DNA from: Stenotrophomonas maltophilia
GTDB taxonomy: Bacteria; Pseudomonadota; Gammaproteobacteria; Xanthomonadales; Xanthomonadaceae
DNA length: 64,000 nt
Assembly (NCBI GenBank): GCA_002364755.1
Contig: DEZI01000018.1
Span: 7,947-71,946, forward strand
Reading direction: 5' to 3'
In this document: positions 20,222 to 28,868 of the stretch, piece by piece
How the letters are laid out: each line of letters opens with the position of its first letter
Numbering within the stretch: position 1 is the first letter of the stretch
Made by a program: the position numbers and the translations under genes
The notes under the pieces: model-generated
The model's database searches: none
What the model saw: the letters and a program-made list of their open reading frames with translations, nothing else
Told to the model about the DNA's origin: nothing

Positions 20222-22327
20222 TTACCAGATCACCACCTGCTGGTCGCCGGCGCGGGCCATCGGCGAGCCGGCCTTGCACTGGAACGCGGCGGCGAAGGTC
20301 GGCAGGTTCGACGGCGCACCCATGGCGCGGAACTGCGCCGGAGCGTGCGGGTCGGTGGCCAGGCGGACCTTGGCGTTTTCCGCGGTGTACTTGGTGCGCC
20401 ACACGGTGGCCCAGTTGAAGAAGAAGCGCTGGTCGCGGGTGAAGCCGTCGACCTTCGGATCTTCCTTGCCGGCGGTGGCCTTCTGCAGGGCGTCGTAGGC
20501 AGTGGCCAGGCCACCCAGGTCGGCGATGTTCTCGCCCAGGGTCAGGTGACCGTTCACTGCCTGGCCGTCGACCTTGTACTGGTCGAACTGTTTGACCAGC
20601 TTGCCGGTCAGGCCTTCGAAGTTCTTCTTGTCAGCCGGGGTCCACCAGTCTTCCAGGTTGCCGCTCGGCCCGAAGCGTGCGCCCTGGTCGTCGTAACCGT
20701 GGGTCATTTCATGGCCGATCACCGCGCCGATGCCGCCGTAGTTCAGCGCGTCGTCGGCCTTCGGGTCGAAGAACGGCGGCTGCAGGATGGCGGCCGGGAA
20801 CACGATCTCGTTCTGCAGCGGGTTGTAGTAGGCGTTGACCGTCTGCGGGGTCATGCCCCACTCGGTCTTGTCCACCGGCTTGCCGACCTTGGACAGGTTG
20901 AACTTGTAGTTGAACTCGTTGGCTGCGCGCACGTTGCCCAGGTAGCTGTCGCGCTGGGTCTGCAGGCCGGCCCAGTCACGCCACTTGTCCGGGTAACCGA
21001 TCTTCGGGGTGAAGGTTTCCCACTTGGCGATGGCCTTGGCCTTGGTCTCGTCGCTCATCCAGCTCAGGCCCTGGATGCGTTCCTTCAGCGACGCGGCCAG
21101 GTTCTTCACCAGTTCTTCCATCTTCGCCTTGGCTTCCGGCGAGAAGGCGACCTTCACGTACAGTTGGCCAAAGGCTTCGCCGGCATCGTTCTCGATGGTG
21201 CCCAGCACACGCTTCCAGCGCGGCTTCTGTTCCTTCTGGCCGTTCAGGGTCTTGCCGTAGAACTCGTAGTTCTCCTGCACGAACGCATCGGCCAGGTACG
21301 GCGAGGCGCCGTCAACGGTGTGGAAGCGGAGGTAGGCGCGCCAGACCGACGGGTCGGTGTCGCCCAGTGCCTTGCTCACTTCCTCGTGGAAGGCTGGCAT
21401 GGCCAGCGAGAACTTCTCCGGCGCGGCAACGCCCTGCGACTTGAAGAACTCGGTCCAGCTGAAGTTCGGGGTCAGCTTGTCGGCGTCGGCCAGGGTGAGC
21501 GGGTTGTAGAACAGCTCGACGTTGCGCGACAGTTCCACGCGTGACTTGGAAGACTTGGCCAGGCGGGTCTCGAACTTGACCACGTCCTCGGCCTGCTTGG
21601 CGGCGTCGGCAGCGGCCACGCCCGACAGCTCCAGCACCTTGGCGACGTGCGCCTGGTAGGCCTTCAGTTTGTCGGCGTTCTTGGCGTCGGTGTAATAGGT
21701 GGTGTCCGGCAGGCCCAGGCCGCCCTGGCTGGCGTAGGCCATGTTCATGGCCGAGTTCTTGAAGTCCGCTTCGGCGCCGAATCCGAACAGGATGTTTTCA
21801 CCCTTGGCGGCGCTGGTGCGCAGGTAATCGGCGATGGCGGCCTTGTCCTGCAGGCCGTCGATGGCGGCCAGGTCGGCCTTCAGCGGCTCGATGCCCTGAG
21901 CGTTGATTTTGGCCTCGTCCATGCCGGTGGCCCACAGGTCACCGACGATCTTCTCGATGTGGTTCGGGTTCTTGACCTGGGCGACCTGCTCGGCCAGCTG
22001 GTGCTGCGCCGCTACCGAACGCTCGTCGAGGATGGTGAAGGCGCCCCAGCTGGTGCGGTCGCCCGGAATCTCATTGGCGGCCAGCCACTTGCCGTTGACG
22101 TAGTCGCCGAAGGCGCCGCAGGCGTCCAGATTGCTGTCCAGGTCGCTGGCCTGGAAGGCGTTGTAGGCCGGCAGCTTGGCTTCGTCCAGCTTGTAGGTGG
22201 TGGCCTGGTCAGTGGCGGCCGGCGTGGAGGCGGCGGCATCCTTTGCCGGGGTATCGGTCTTGCCGCAGCCGACCAGCGCGGCCGAAACGGCCAGGGTCAG
22301 CAGCACGATCTTGGGAGTACGGGTCAC
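20222..22327 (-). CDS. M13 zinc metallopeptidase, lipoprotein
   Basis: Lipobox LVGC, VNAYY, GHEMTHGYD, GENIAD and DPHAP. GTG start with a GGAGG RBS. Confidence 0.93.
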   Translation of the reverse strand: MTRTPKIVLLTLAVSAALVGCGKTDTPAKDAAASTPAATDQATTYKLDEAKLPAYNAFQASDLDSNLDACGAFGDYVNGKWLAANEIPGDRTSWGAFTILDERSVAAQHQLAEQVAQVKNPNHIEKIVGDLWATGMDEAKINAQGIEPLKADLAAIDGLQDKAAIADYLRTSAAKGENILFGFGAEADFKNSAMNMAYASQGGLGLPDTTYYTDAKNADKLKAYQAHVAKVLELSGVAAADAAKQAEDVVKFETRLAKSSKSRVELSRNVELFYNPLTLADADKLTPNFSWTEFFKSQGVAAPEKFSLAMPAFHEEVSKALGDTDPSVWRAYLRFHTVDGASPYLADAFVQENYEFYGKTLNGQKEQKPRWKRVLGTIENDAGEAFGQLYVKVAFSPEAKAKMEELVKNLAASLKERIQGLSWMSDETKAKAIAKWETFTPKIGYPDKWRDWAGLQTQRDSYLGNVRAANEFNYKFNLSKVGKPVDKTEWGMTPQTVNAYYNPLQNEIVFPAAILQPPFFDPKADDALNYGGIGAVIGHEMTHGYDDQGARFGPSGNLEDWWTPADKKNFEGLTGKLVKQFDQYKVDGQAVNGHLTLGENIADLGGLATAYDALQKATAGKEDPKVDGFTRDQRFFFNWATVWRTKYTAENAKVRLATDPHAPAQFRAMGAPSNLPTFAAAFQCKAGSPMARAGDQQVVIW

Positions 22328-22547
22328 TTGTATGGCCTCCAGGCCGAGTGAGTCAGGGAAGGGCCGCAGGACGGCCGTGGGCCGAACGATACGCCGCCGG
22401 CCCGCCCTGCAAGGGTGTCGAAGGTCATGGGCGATGGCAAGCCGCCGGCCCGTTGTACATGGGCCGCAGCACAGCCGCCAGAATCGGGCAGGTCGCGGCA
22501 CGGGCTGCGCAAAGAACGCTGCCGGCACAAGGCCGGCAGCGGAGACA

Positions 22548-23360
22548 TCAGGGTTTGCCGTTGCCCAGCCGGGGCTGTTCGTCGGCGGTCTGCGGTTCGG
22601 GGGCATCAACCTGCGGTGCGCCGGCCTCGATGCGGGTCTTGCGGTCGGCTTCGTCCTTGATCTGGGTTGCCGCACCGACGTCGACCCGGGCGACCTTGGG
22701 CTTGGCCCATACCGAATCCTGCCAGGCCTGGTACTTCTCCGGGTCCCAGTAGCGATCGTCGTAGAACTTGCTGCCATCGATCTCCGTAGTGCCGACCAGG
22801 CCGGGCAACACAATGCGCAGGTTGCCGGTCGCGCCGGTGCGGCTGCCGGTCACCTGCCGGCGTTCGCGGCGCAGCGCGGCATCGATGCGCGGGCGCGCGG
22901 CCTCATCGCCGAAACGGGCGTAGACCGCCGGGCCTTCCTGCAGGGCACGGTCGCGTTCCTCGGGCGTCAACGCGGCCCAGTAGCGCTCGCGCAGGTCGAG
23001 GAAACCTTCATAGCCGCGCTCGGCGGCCAGGTCCATCCAGGCGTAGGCAAGGGCGCGGTTGACCGGAGTGCCGGTGCCATTCCACAGCATTTCCGCGACC
23101 ATCGCCTGCGACGGCTTGTCGGCATAGAAGCCGGCGCGTTGGAAGAAGCCGAACGCCTGTTCCATCTTGCCGGCGTCGCGCTTTTCGATGCCCAACAGGC
23201 GGAAGCGCAGGTCCGGGTGGCCGCTGAGGAAGCCGGCGGTGATCATCATCGGATCCTCGGTGGGATCCGGCGCGGCGGCCGGTGAAGGCTTGGCGGCCAG
23301 CGCGAGCGGGGCGTGCAGCGCGAAAGGCAGCAGGGCTGTAAGCATGAGCCTGCGGTACAT
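22548..23360 (-). CDS. Secreted Sel1-like repeat protein
   Basis: Signal peptide; AFGFFQRAGFYADKPSQAMVAEMLWNGTGTPVNRALAYAWMDLAAERG; AAGGAG RBS. Confidence 0.75.
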   Translation of the reverse strand: MYRRLMLTALLPFALHAPLALAAKPSPAAAPDPTEDPMMITAGFLSGHPDLRFRLLGIEKRDAGKMEQAFGFFQRAGFYADKPSQAMVAEMLWNGTGTPVNRALAYAWMDLAAERGYEGFLDLRERYWAALTPEERDRALQEGPAVYARFGDEAARPRIDAALRRERRQVTGSRTGATGNLRIVLPGLVGTTEIDGSKFYDDRYWDPEKYQAWQDSVWAKPKVARVDVGAATQIKDEADRKTRIEAGAPQVDAPEPQTADEQPRLGNGKP

Positions 23361-23456
23361 CGGTATCTCTCCTTGATTGAACGATGGCACCCACGCACCC
23401 GTTGCCGGGTACACGCAGGCACACCTTCATGGTGCGCCAAAAGGTGCCCGAAGTTC

Positions 23457-23481
23457 CCGGCTCCCCTGTTCAGGGAGCCGG
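23457..23481 (-). terminator. Hairpin after S9 gene
   Basis: CCGGCTCCC...GGGAGCCGG. Confidence 0.5.
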
Positions 23482-23488
23482 GGACGGC

Positions 23489-25483
23489 TCAGTCAGCCGC
23501 CTTTGCCCCCGATGCCGTCGACGGGCCGATGTGGCGGCCGAAGAAATCCAGCATCGTGGTGTACAGCTTCACCCGCGCCGGCACGCCATAGAAGCCGTGC
23601 ATTTCGCCGGGCTCGATGATCATGCCTTCGGGCGTGTTGCCGGCGGCGATCAGCGCCTTGTTCATCAGCTCGGTCTGTTCCGGCGGCGTGCGCACGTCAC
23701 GCGCGCCTGCGGCCAGGTACACCGGGATCTTCACTTCCGATGCGCGACGTGCCGGCGAGGTGCGGGTCCAGTCGGCGGTGTCGGTGCCATGGGTGCGGCG
23801 CAGGAAGCGCTGGCCCGATTCGCGTTCCGGGATGTCGCCCTTCTTGAACATCATGTCGATGTCGTAGACGCCGACGTAGCCGAAGGTGCACTTGAACAGG
23901 CCCGGTGCACGGATCGGGGCCATCAGCGACGAGTAGCCGCCGAAGCTGCCGCCGTAGATGCAGATACGGTCCTTGTTGGCGTAGCCCTGGTTGATGGTCC
24001 ACTGCGTGGCATCGATGATGTCGTTCTGGATGCCATCGGCCCACTGCTTGTGGCCCGCATCCTGGAACGCCTTGCCGTAGCCACCGGAGCCGCGGTAGTT
24101 CACCTGCAGCACCGCATAGCCGCGGCTGGCGAACAGCTGCGTTTCGCCGGAGAAGCCCCAGTTGTCACGCGGGCCGATCGGACCGCCGTGCGGGTTGACG
24201 ATCAGCGGCAGGTTCTTGCCGTCGCTGCCATGGGGCAGGGTGAGGTAGGCATGGATGGTTTTGCCGTCGCGCGCGGTGAAGCTGAAAGGCTTGACCGAGG
24301 CCATGCGCGCCTTGTCCAGCTGCGGCGCGCGCTGCATCAGGAAGCGTGCCTTGCCGGTGGCGCGGTCATACAGGTACAGCTCGCCCGGATTGCTGTCGCT
24401 GTAGACCGAGACGATGATCTTGCTGCCATCGGCGGTGTGGCTGGAGAAATCCACCAGTTCACCGGGGAACGATGCGGCCAGCGAGCCATACAGTTCGGCG
24501 TCGGGGTGGTTCTCATCGACCAGGGTCACCTTCGGTGCACCGGCTTCGGTGATCACGCCCAGCAGGCGGTTGTCATCGGTGGACCAGATGTAGTCAGAGA
24601 CTTCGGCCACCGGGTCCTGGAACAGGGAGGTGAACGCGCCGGTGGCGGTGTCCAGCGTGCCCACCGCGCCGGGCGCCTTGTCGTCGCTCTGGGTGACATA
24701 CACGGTGCCATCGGCGGTAGCGCGCTCGACCCACAGATGCTTGCCGTCGGTCTTGGACGCGTTGACCAAGGTCCAATCGCGGCCATCGCGGCGGTACAGT
24801 TCGGTGCGCTCGTCGTACTCGCCTTCCTCGTTGCGGCTGGACGAACAGACGGCGAAACGCGGTTCCTTCTGCGCGTCCAGCGCGATGGAGCAGTCGTCCT
24901 TGGGCGCGCGTGCGAGCACTGTGCGGCGGCCGCTGAAGGTATCGACCTGCACCACCTGTGTGCCGGCACCTTCGTTGGAGCGCGGGTAGCGCGACTGCAT
25001 GATGACGTTGCGGTCGTCGTCCTTCAGCGTGTCGAGCAGGCTGAAGCTTTCGCGGCCGACGGTCTTGCCGCGCTGGGTGGCATCGCGGGTACCGTAGAAG
25101 ATCAGCGGCACGGCTTGGCTGCCGTCGGCATTGACCGCGAACCATTCACCGGTGGCGAAGGGCTGGGCATAGCCGCCCATCTTCTTTACCGCATTGAACA
25201 TCAGGCGGTCCGGCGCGATCCAGGTGAACTGGCCGACGCTCTTTTTTTCCGGCAGCTGGTTGACCTTGAGCACCTTCAGGTCGCTGGTGCGCAACACCGC
25301 CAGCACGTCCTGGTCGCCGTGGTCCATGGTCACGGCCAGGTACTGGCCATTGGGCGAGATGCGCACGTTGCCGTAGGCAGCGTGCTTGACGAAATCTTCG
25401 ACCGAGTAGGCCGGTGCGGCGGAGGCCGGCACGGCGGTGGTGCCCAATGCCAGTGCAAGCAGGGCGAAGGACAGCTTGTACAT
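23489..25483 (-). CDS. S9 prolyl oligopeptidase/acylaminoacyl peptidase family protein, secreted
   Basis: PHGGP, NYRGSGGYG, GGSFGG (Ser), ARDVRT (Asp), EMHGF (His) and an N-terminal propeller region. Confidence 0.92.
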   Translation of the reverse strand: MYKLSFALLALALGTTAVPASAAPAYSVEDFVKHAAYGNVRISPNGQYLAVTMDHGDQDVLAVLRTSDLKVLKVNQLPEKKSVGQFTWIAPDRLMFNAVKKMGGYAQPFATGEWFAVNADGSQAVPLIFYGTRDATQRGKTVGRESFSLLDTLKDDDRNVIMQSRYPRSNEGAGTQVVQVDTFSGRRTVLARAPKDDCSIALDAQKEPRFAVCSSSRNEEGEYDERTELYRRDGRDWTLVNASKTDGKHLWVERATADGTVYVTQSDDKAPGAVGTLDTATGAFTSLFQDPVAEVSDYIWSTDDNRLLGVITEAGAPKVTLVDENHPDAELYGSLAASFPGELVDFSSHTADGSKIIVSVYSDSNPGELYLYDRATGKARFLMQRAPQLDKARMASVKPFSFTARDGKTIHAYLTLPHGSDGKNLPLIVNPHGGPIGPRDNWGFSGETQLFASRGYAVLQVNYRGSGGYGKAFQDAGHKQWADGIQNDIIDATQWTINQGYANKDRICIYGGSFGGYSSLMAPIRAPGLFKCTFGYVGVYDIDMMFKKGDIPERESGQRFLRRTHGTDTADWTRTSPARRASEVKIPVYLAAGARDVRTPPEQTELMNKALIAAGNTPEGMIIEPGEMHGFYGVPARVKLYTTMLDFFGRHIGPSTASGAKAAD

Positions 25484-25549
25484 CGTGTATCCCCTTCAAA
25501 TGGCGGGCCTTCGTGGCCCGGGATATGGCGTTGCTGCCGGTGCGCAAAT

Positions 25550-25576
25550 ACAGAGCCCGGCCTAGGCCGGGCTCTG
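25550..25576 (-). terminator. Hairpin after TBDR gene
   Basis: CAGAGCCCGGCC-TA-GGCCGGGCTCTG. Confidence 0.6.
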
Positions 25577-25597
25577 CTTGTCACACAACCTGTCGCA

Positions 25598-28450
25598 TCA
25601 GAAACGGTAGGACAGGCTGAAGTAGTAGCGACGGCCCAGCGGGTCGGCACCGATGTAGCTGTTGAAGTACGGGTACGCGGTGTTGGTCGGGTCGCGACGG
25701 AACTGGTTGTCGGTAAGGTTGACCACCGTGAACTCGGCACGCACGTTCGGGCCGAACTTCTTGCTGACCTGCAGGTTGTACTGCATGTACGGGGCCAGGC
25801 GTTCGGTCCAGGCAGCGTTCCAGTTCGAACCGTAGCGGGTGCCGAACAGGGTGGCACCCCATTCGTCGCCGGCCCAGCTCAGGCTGCCGCGCAGGCGGCT
25901 GCGCTGGCTGTAGTCATACAGCGGCAGGTCGCGGTAGTCGATCAGCTCGTCGTCGCTGTTTTCCTGGTACTTGTTGGTCAGCACCAGCGAGTAGCCCAGG
26001 TCCAGGCCGAAGTCGCCGAGGCGATCGGTATCCAGCTTGTACTTGAAGGTGGCATCGATACCGCTGGTTTCCAGCAGCGCCGCGTTGATGTACGCGGTGT
26101 TGATCTGAGAGATGCGGCCGTCCAGGGTGGTGCCCGGTGCGTTGGTACGGGTGACCAGCGCGGTCAGGTTGCGGCAGAAGGCCGAATCGGAGCCCTGCTC
26201 GAACGGCGTGCCATCCGGGCGCACGCCGAGGCGGCAGTTGGCTTCGTTCTGCAGCAGGTAGGTCGAGCTAAGCTGGGTTGAGGCATCTTCCAGGCGGATC
26301 TTGTAGTAGTCCACCGACATGGACATCGAGTCCATGATGTCCCACACGAAGCCGGCGCCCCACGACTTGCCTTCTTCTTCCTTCAGGTTCGGGTTGCCGG
26401 CGATCAGCGACTGCGCCTGGTACAGGGTCACGTCACCGGTCACGTTGCACTGCGCGCGGGTACGGCCCGGAGCGCCTGCAGCCTGGCCCAGGCCGGTGCC
26501 CGAACGGCAGCTGTATTCGTCGAGGATGGTCGAGAACGAGGCGGCGCCTTCGGCGTAGACCAGCTGCATGTCCGGTGCGCGGAAGCTGGTGGCGTAGGAA
26601 CCACGGATCAGCAGGTTGCTGAACGGACGGTATTCCAGGCCGACGTTGAAGGTCTTGGCATCGTCGACGGCAGTGATGTCGTCGTACTTGTCCCAGCGGC
26701 CTGCCAGGTTCATCGACAGGTTGCTGAAGATCGGCACGCGGAATTCGGTACCCACCGCATAGCGGTTACGGGCGCCGTGGGTTTCACCGGAGCTGGTCAG
26801 GTTGTAGATGGTCTGGTCGTCGATCGGACGCAGCTGGTTGGTGCGCACGTCGCTGACCAAGTCGGTGGTCTGGCGCATGCCTTCGATGACCGCCGCAAAG
26901 CCCACCGGGCCGGCCGGCAGCTCGAACAGGTCGCCGCTGATGTTGAAGTTGGCGGTGGCCGAGGTCGATTCGGCAACGTTCTTCACGCGGGTGGAGAAGC
27001 TCTGGTAGATCTCCGGGGTGATCGGAGTGTTCCAGCGGTCCTGGTTCAGCGTGTAGATCGGGTAATTGCTGATGTAGCCCTGCAGTGGGCCCAGGAAGTA
27101 GTCATGCACGGCCTTGGCCAGCAGGCGCGGGCGGTCGGCTTCGTACTCGTACTTGCCGTAGTTGACGCTCGCTTCCCAGTCGAAACGATCGGCGAAGGTT
27201 CCCTGCGCACCGAAGGTGAAGTCGTAGCTCTTCTCGTCGTACAGGGTGCTGGCGGCTTCGTTGCCACCCAGTTCAAACGGGTTGAAGGTGCGCTGCAGCT
27301 GGATCAGGTCCTGCAGGGCGGAGTCGTAGTACACGCTGGTCGCGGCGCCGCTCGGGTTGGAGGTGAAGCGGTCACCCGAGGTGCCCCAGAACTCGATGCC
27401 GCCGCTGGCCTTGGCCTTGGTCTTGTAGAAGTTGACGCTGCCGAACAGCTGGGTGGTGTCGGTCACGTCGAACGTGCCGTAGCCGTAGCCGTTGAAGTTC
27501 TGGTTCTTGTTCCAGATGGAACGGGCGGCGACCTGGGTGTAGCTGCCGCAGTAGGTGCCGCGCGAGGCGGTGGTCACCGTGGTGTAGTCGAACGCATCAC
27601 AGGCCGCAGCGTTGTACAGCGCGTTCTGGTTGCGCACGTGGCCGTTCAGGCCGGCCGAGCTCAGGGCGACCAGCGACAGCGACGGATTCACCGCGATGCC
27701 GGCGGCGTTGTTGCGGGTATCGGCCAGCGCGTGGCGCTGCGAGGCGAACACCGGCTCGTTCTCGCTGTACTGCAGGGCGTAGGTCGCGCTCCAGCGGTCG
27801 CCGGTCTTGCCGCCGGTGTATTCGACGTTGACGTTGTCGCCGCCGCCTTCTTCGGTGGTGCCCGTGGTCAGGCGCAGCTGGTTGCCGTCGTAGTTCTTGC
27901 GCAGCACGATGTTGATCACGCCGGCGACAGCGTCCGAACCGTAGATGGCCGAGGCGCCGCCGGTCAGGACTTCAACGCGCTCGACGATCGAGCTCGGAAT
28001 GGCCTTGATGTTGACCACGTTGTTGTCGCGGTTGTACGGCTGCGGGTACTGCGCCGGGCGGCGGCCGTTGACCAGGGTCAGGGTGTAGCCCGGGCCCAGG
28101 TTGCGCAGGTTGACCACCTGGGCGTTGGGCGTGAAGCCGGTCACGGCGAGATCGCCGGTGAACGAGCTGGTGGTGTTCTGGGTCAGGGTCTGCAGCATGT
28201 CGCCGACCGACTGGAAGCCTTCGCGATCGATGTCGGCGCGCGAGATGACGGTGACCGGCGCCGGGCCTTCGACTTCAGCGCGCTTGATGCGCGAGCCGAC
28301 GACCGAAACGCGGTCCAGGTTGGTGGCGTTCTTGCCACCGGCTTCGTTGCCGGCTTCCTGGGCAAAGGCGGGCGAAACGACGGCTGCCAGCAGGGCGGTC
28401 GTCAGAGCAAAGCTCAGCGGGTGGCGGCTGAGCGCCGTGCGGATGGTCAT
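25598..28450 (-). CDS. TonB-dependent receptor (intact)
   Basis: Signal peptide, TonB box LDRVSVVGSRI, plug VERVEVLTGGASAIYGSDAVAGVINI and C-terminal FSLSYRF. Confidence 0.93.
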   Translation of the reverse strand: MTIRTALSRHPLSFALTTALLAAVVSPAFAQEAGNEAGGKNATNLDRVSVVGSRIKRAEVEGPAPVTVISRADIDREGFQSVGDMLQTLTQNTTSSFTGDLAVTGFTPNAQVVNLRNLGPGYTLTLVNGRRPAQYPQPYNRDNNVVNIKAIPSSIVERVEVLTGGASAIYGSDAVAGVINIVLRKNYDGNQLRLTTGTTEEGGGDNVNVEYTGGKTGDRWSATYALQYSENEPVFASQRHALADTRNNAAGIAVNPSLSLVALSSAGLNGHVRNQNALYNAAACDAFDYTTVTTASRGTYCGSYTQVAARSIWNKNQNFNGYGYGTFDVTDTTQLFGSVNFYKTKAKASGGIEFWGTSGDRFTSNPSGAATSVYYDSALQDLIQLQRTFNPFELGGNEAASTLYDEKSYDFTFGAQGTFADRFDWEASVNYGKYEYEADRPRLLAKAVHDYFLGPLQGYISNYPIYTLNQDRWNTPITPEIYQSFSTRVKNVAESTSATANFNISGDLFELPAGPVGFAAVIEGMRQTTDLVSDVRTNQLRPIDDQTIYNLTSSGETHGARNRYAVGTEFRVPIFSNLSMNLAGRWDKYDDITAVDDAKTFNVGLEYRPFSNLLIRGSYATSFRAPDMQLVYAEGAASFSTILDEYSCRSGTGLGQAAGAPGRTRAQCNVTGDVTLYQAQSLIAGNPNLKEEEGKSWGAGFVWDIMDSMSMSVDYYKIRLEDASTQLSSTYLLQNEANCRLGVRPDGTPFEQGSDSAFCRNLTALVTRTNAPGTTLDGRISQINTAYINAALLETSGIDATFKYKLDTDRLGDFGLDLGYSLVLTNKYQENSDDELIDYRDLPLYDYSQRSRLRGSLSWAGDEWGATLFGTRYGSNWNAAWTERLAPYMQYNLQVSKKFGPNVRAEFTVVNLTDNQFRRDPTNTAYPYFNSYIGADPLGRRYYFSLSYRF

Positions 28451-28809
28451 GGATGGATCCCCTGATGTATCGAATCTCGACAGGCGCGTGGGCCTGTCGT
28501 CCCTGTAGGGCTTTTCGCCCCGTCCTGTAACCGGCTTCACAAGCCGATGAGCTGACGTTAACACGACCTTAACTTGATGTGTCAACTGTTCATGCTCCCG
28601 TCATGAAGCCAAGCTAGGCAAAGTGCTGATTTGGATGGATTTTTGATACAAGGCGTTGATTTCAAATGAAAGGTTTCTCTGCTTGGCACGCCGCGCCGAC
28701 TCCCTGCGGAGGGTGCAGACGGTGCTGGATGTTCAGCCGGCAGTCCGGGTTGTGACGGCAGACGGGGGAGGGGGGGCGTTGCGACGCCCGCGGGCCAGCC
28801 ACGCGGGCA

Positions 28810-28836
28810 AAAAAAAGGCCCCGCCGAAGCGGGGCC
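28810..28836 (-). terminator. Terminator of the decayed TBDR gene
   Basis: GGCCCCGC-CGAA-GCGGGGCC with an A-tract. Confidence 0.75.
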
Positions 28837-28868
28837 AGTACCAGTCATTCCCTGGAGCGTCGCGACGC

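Noticed and set aside
23384..26281. 965-aa plus-strand ORF and other long ORFs such as 55322-58090, 47562-50093, 15493-17316 and 39611-41617
   Set aside because: They are antisense shadows of well-supported genes, expected at high GC, and carry no recognisable motifs.
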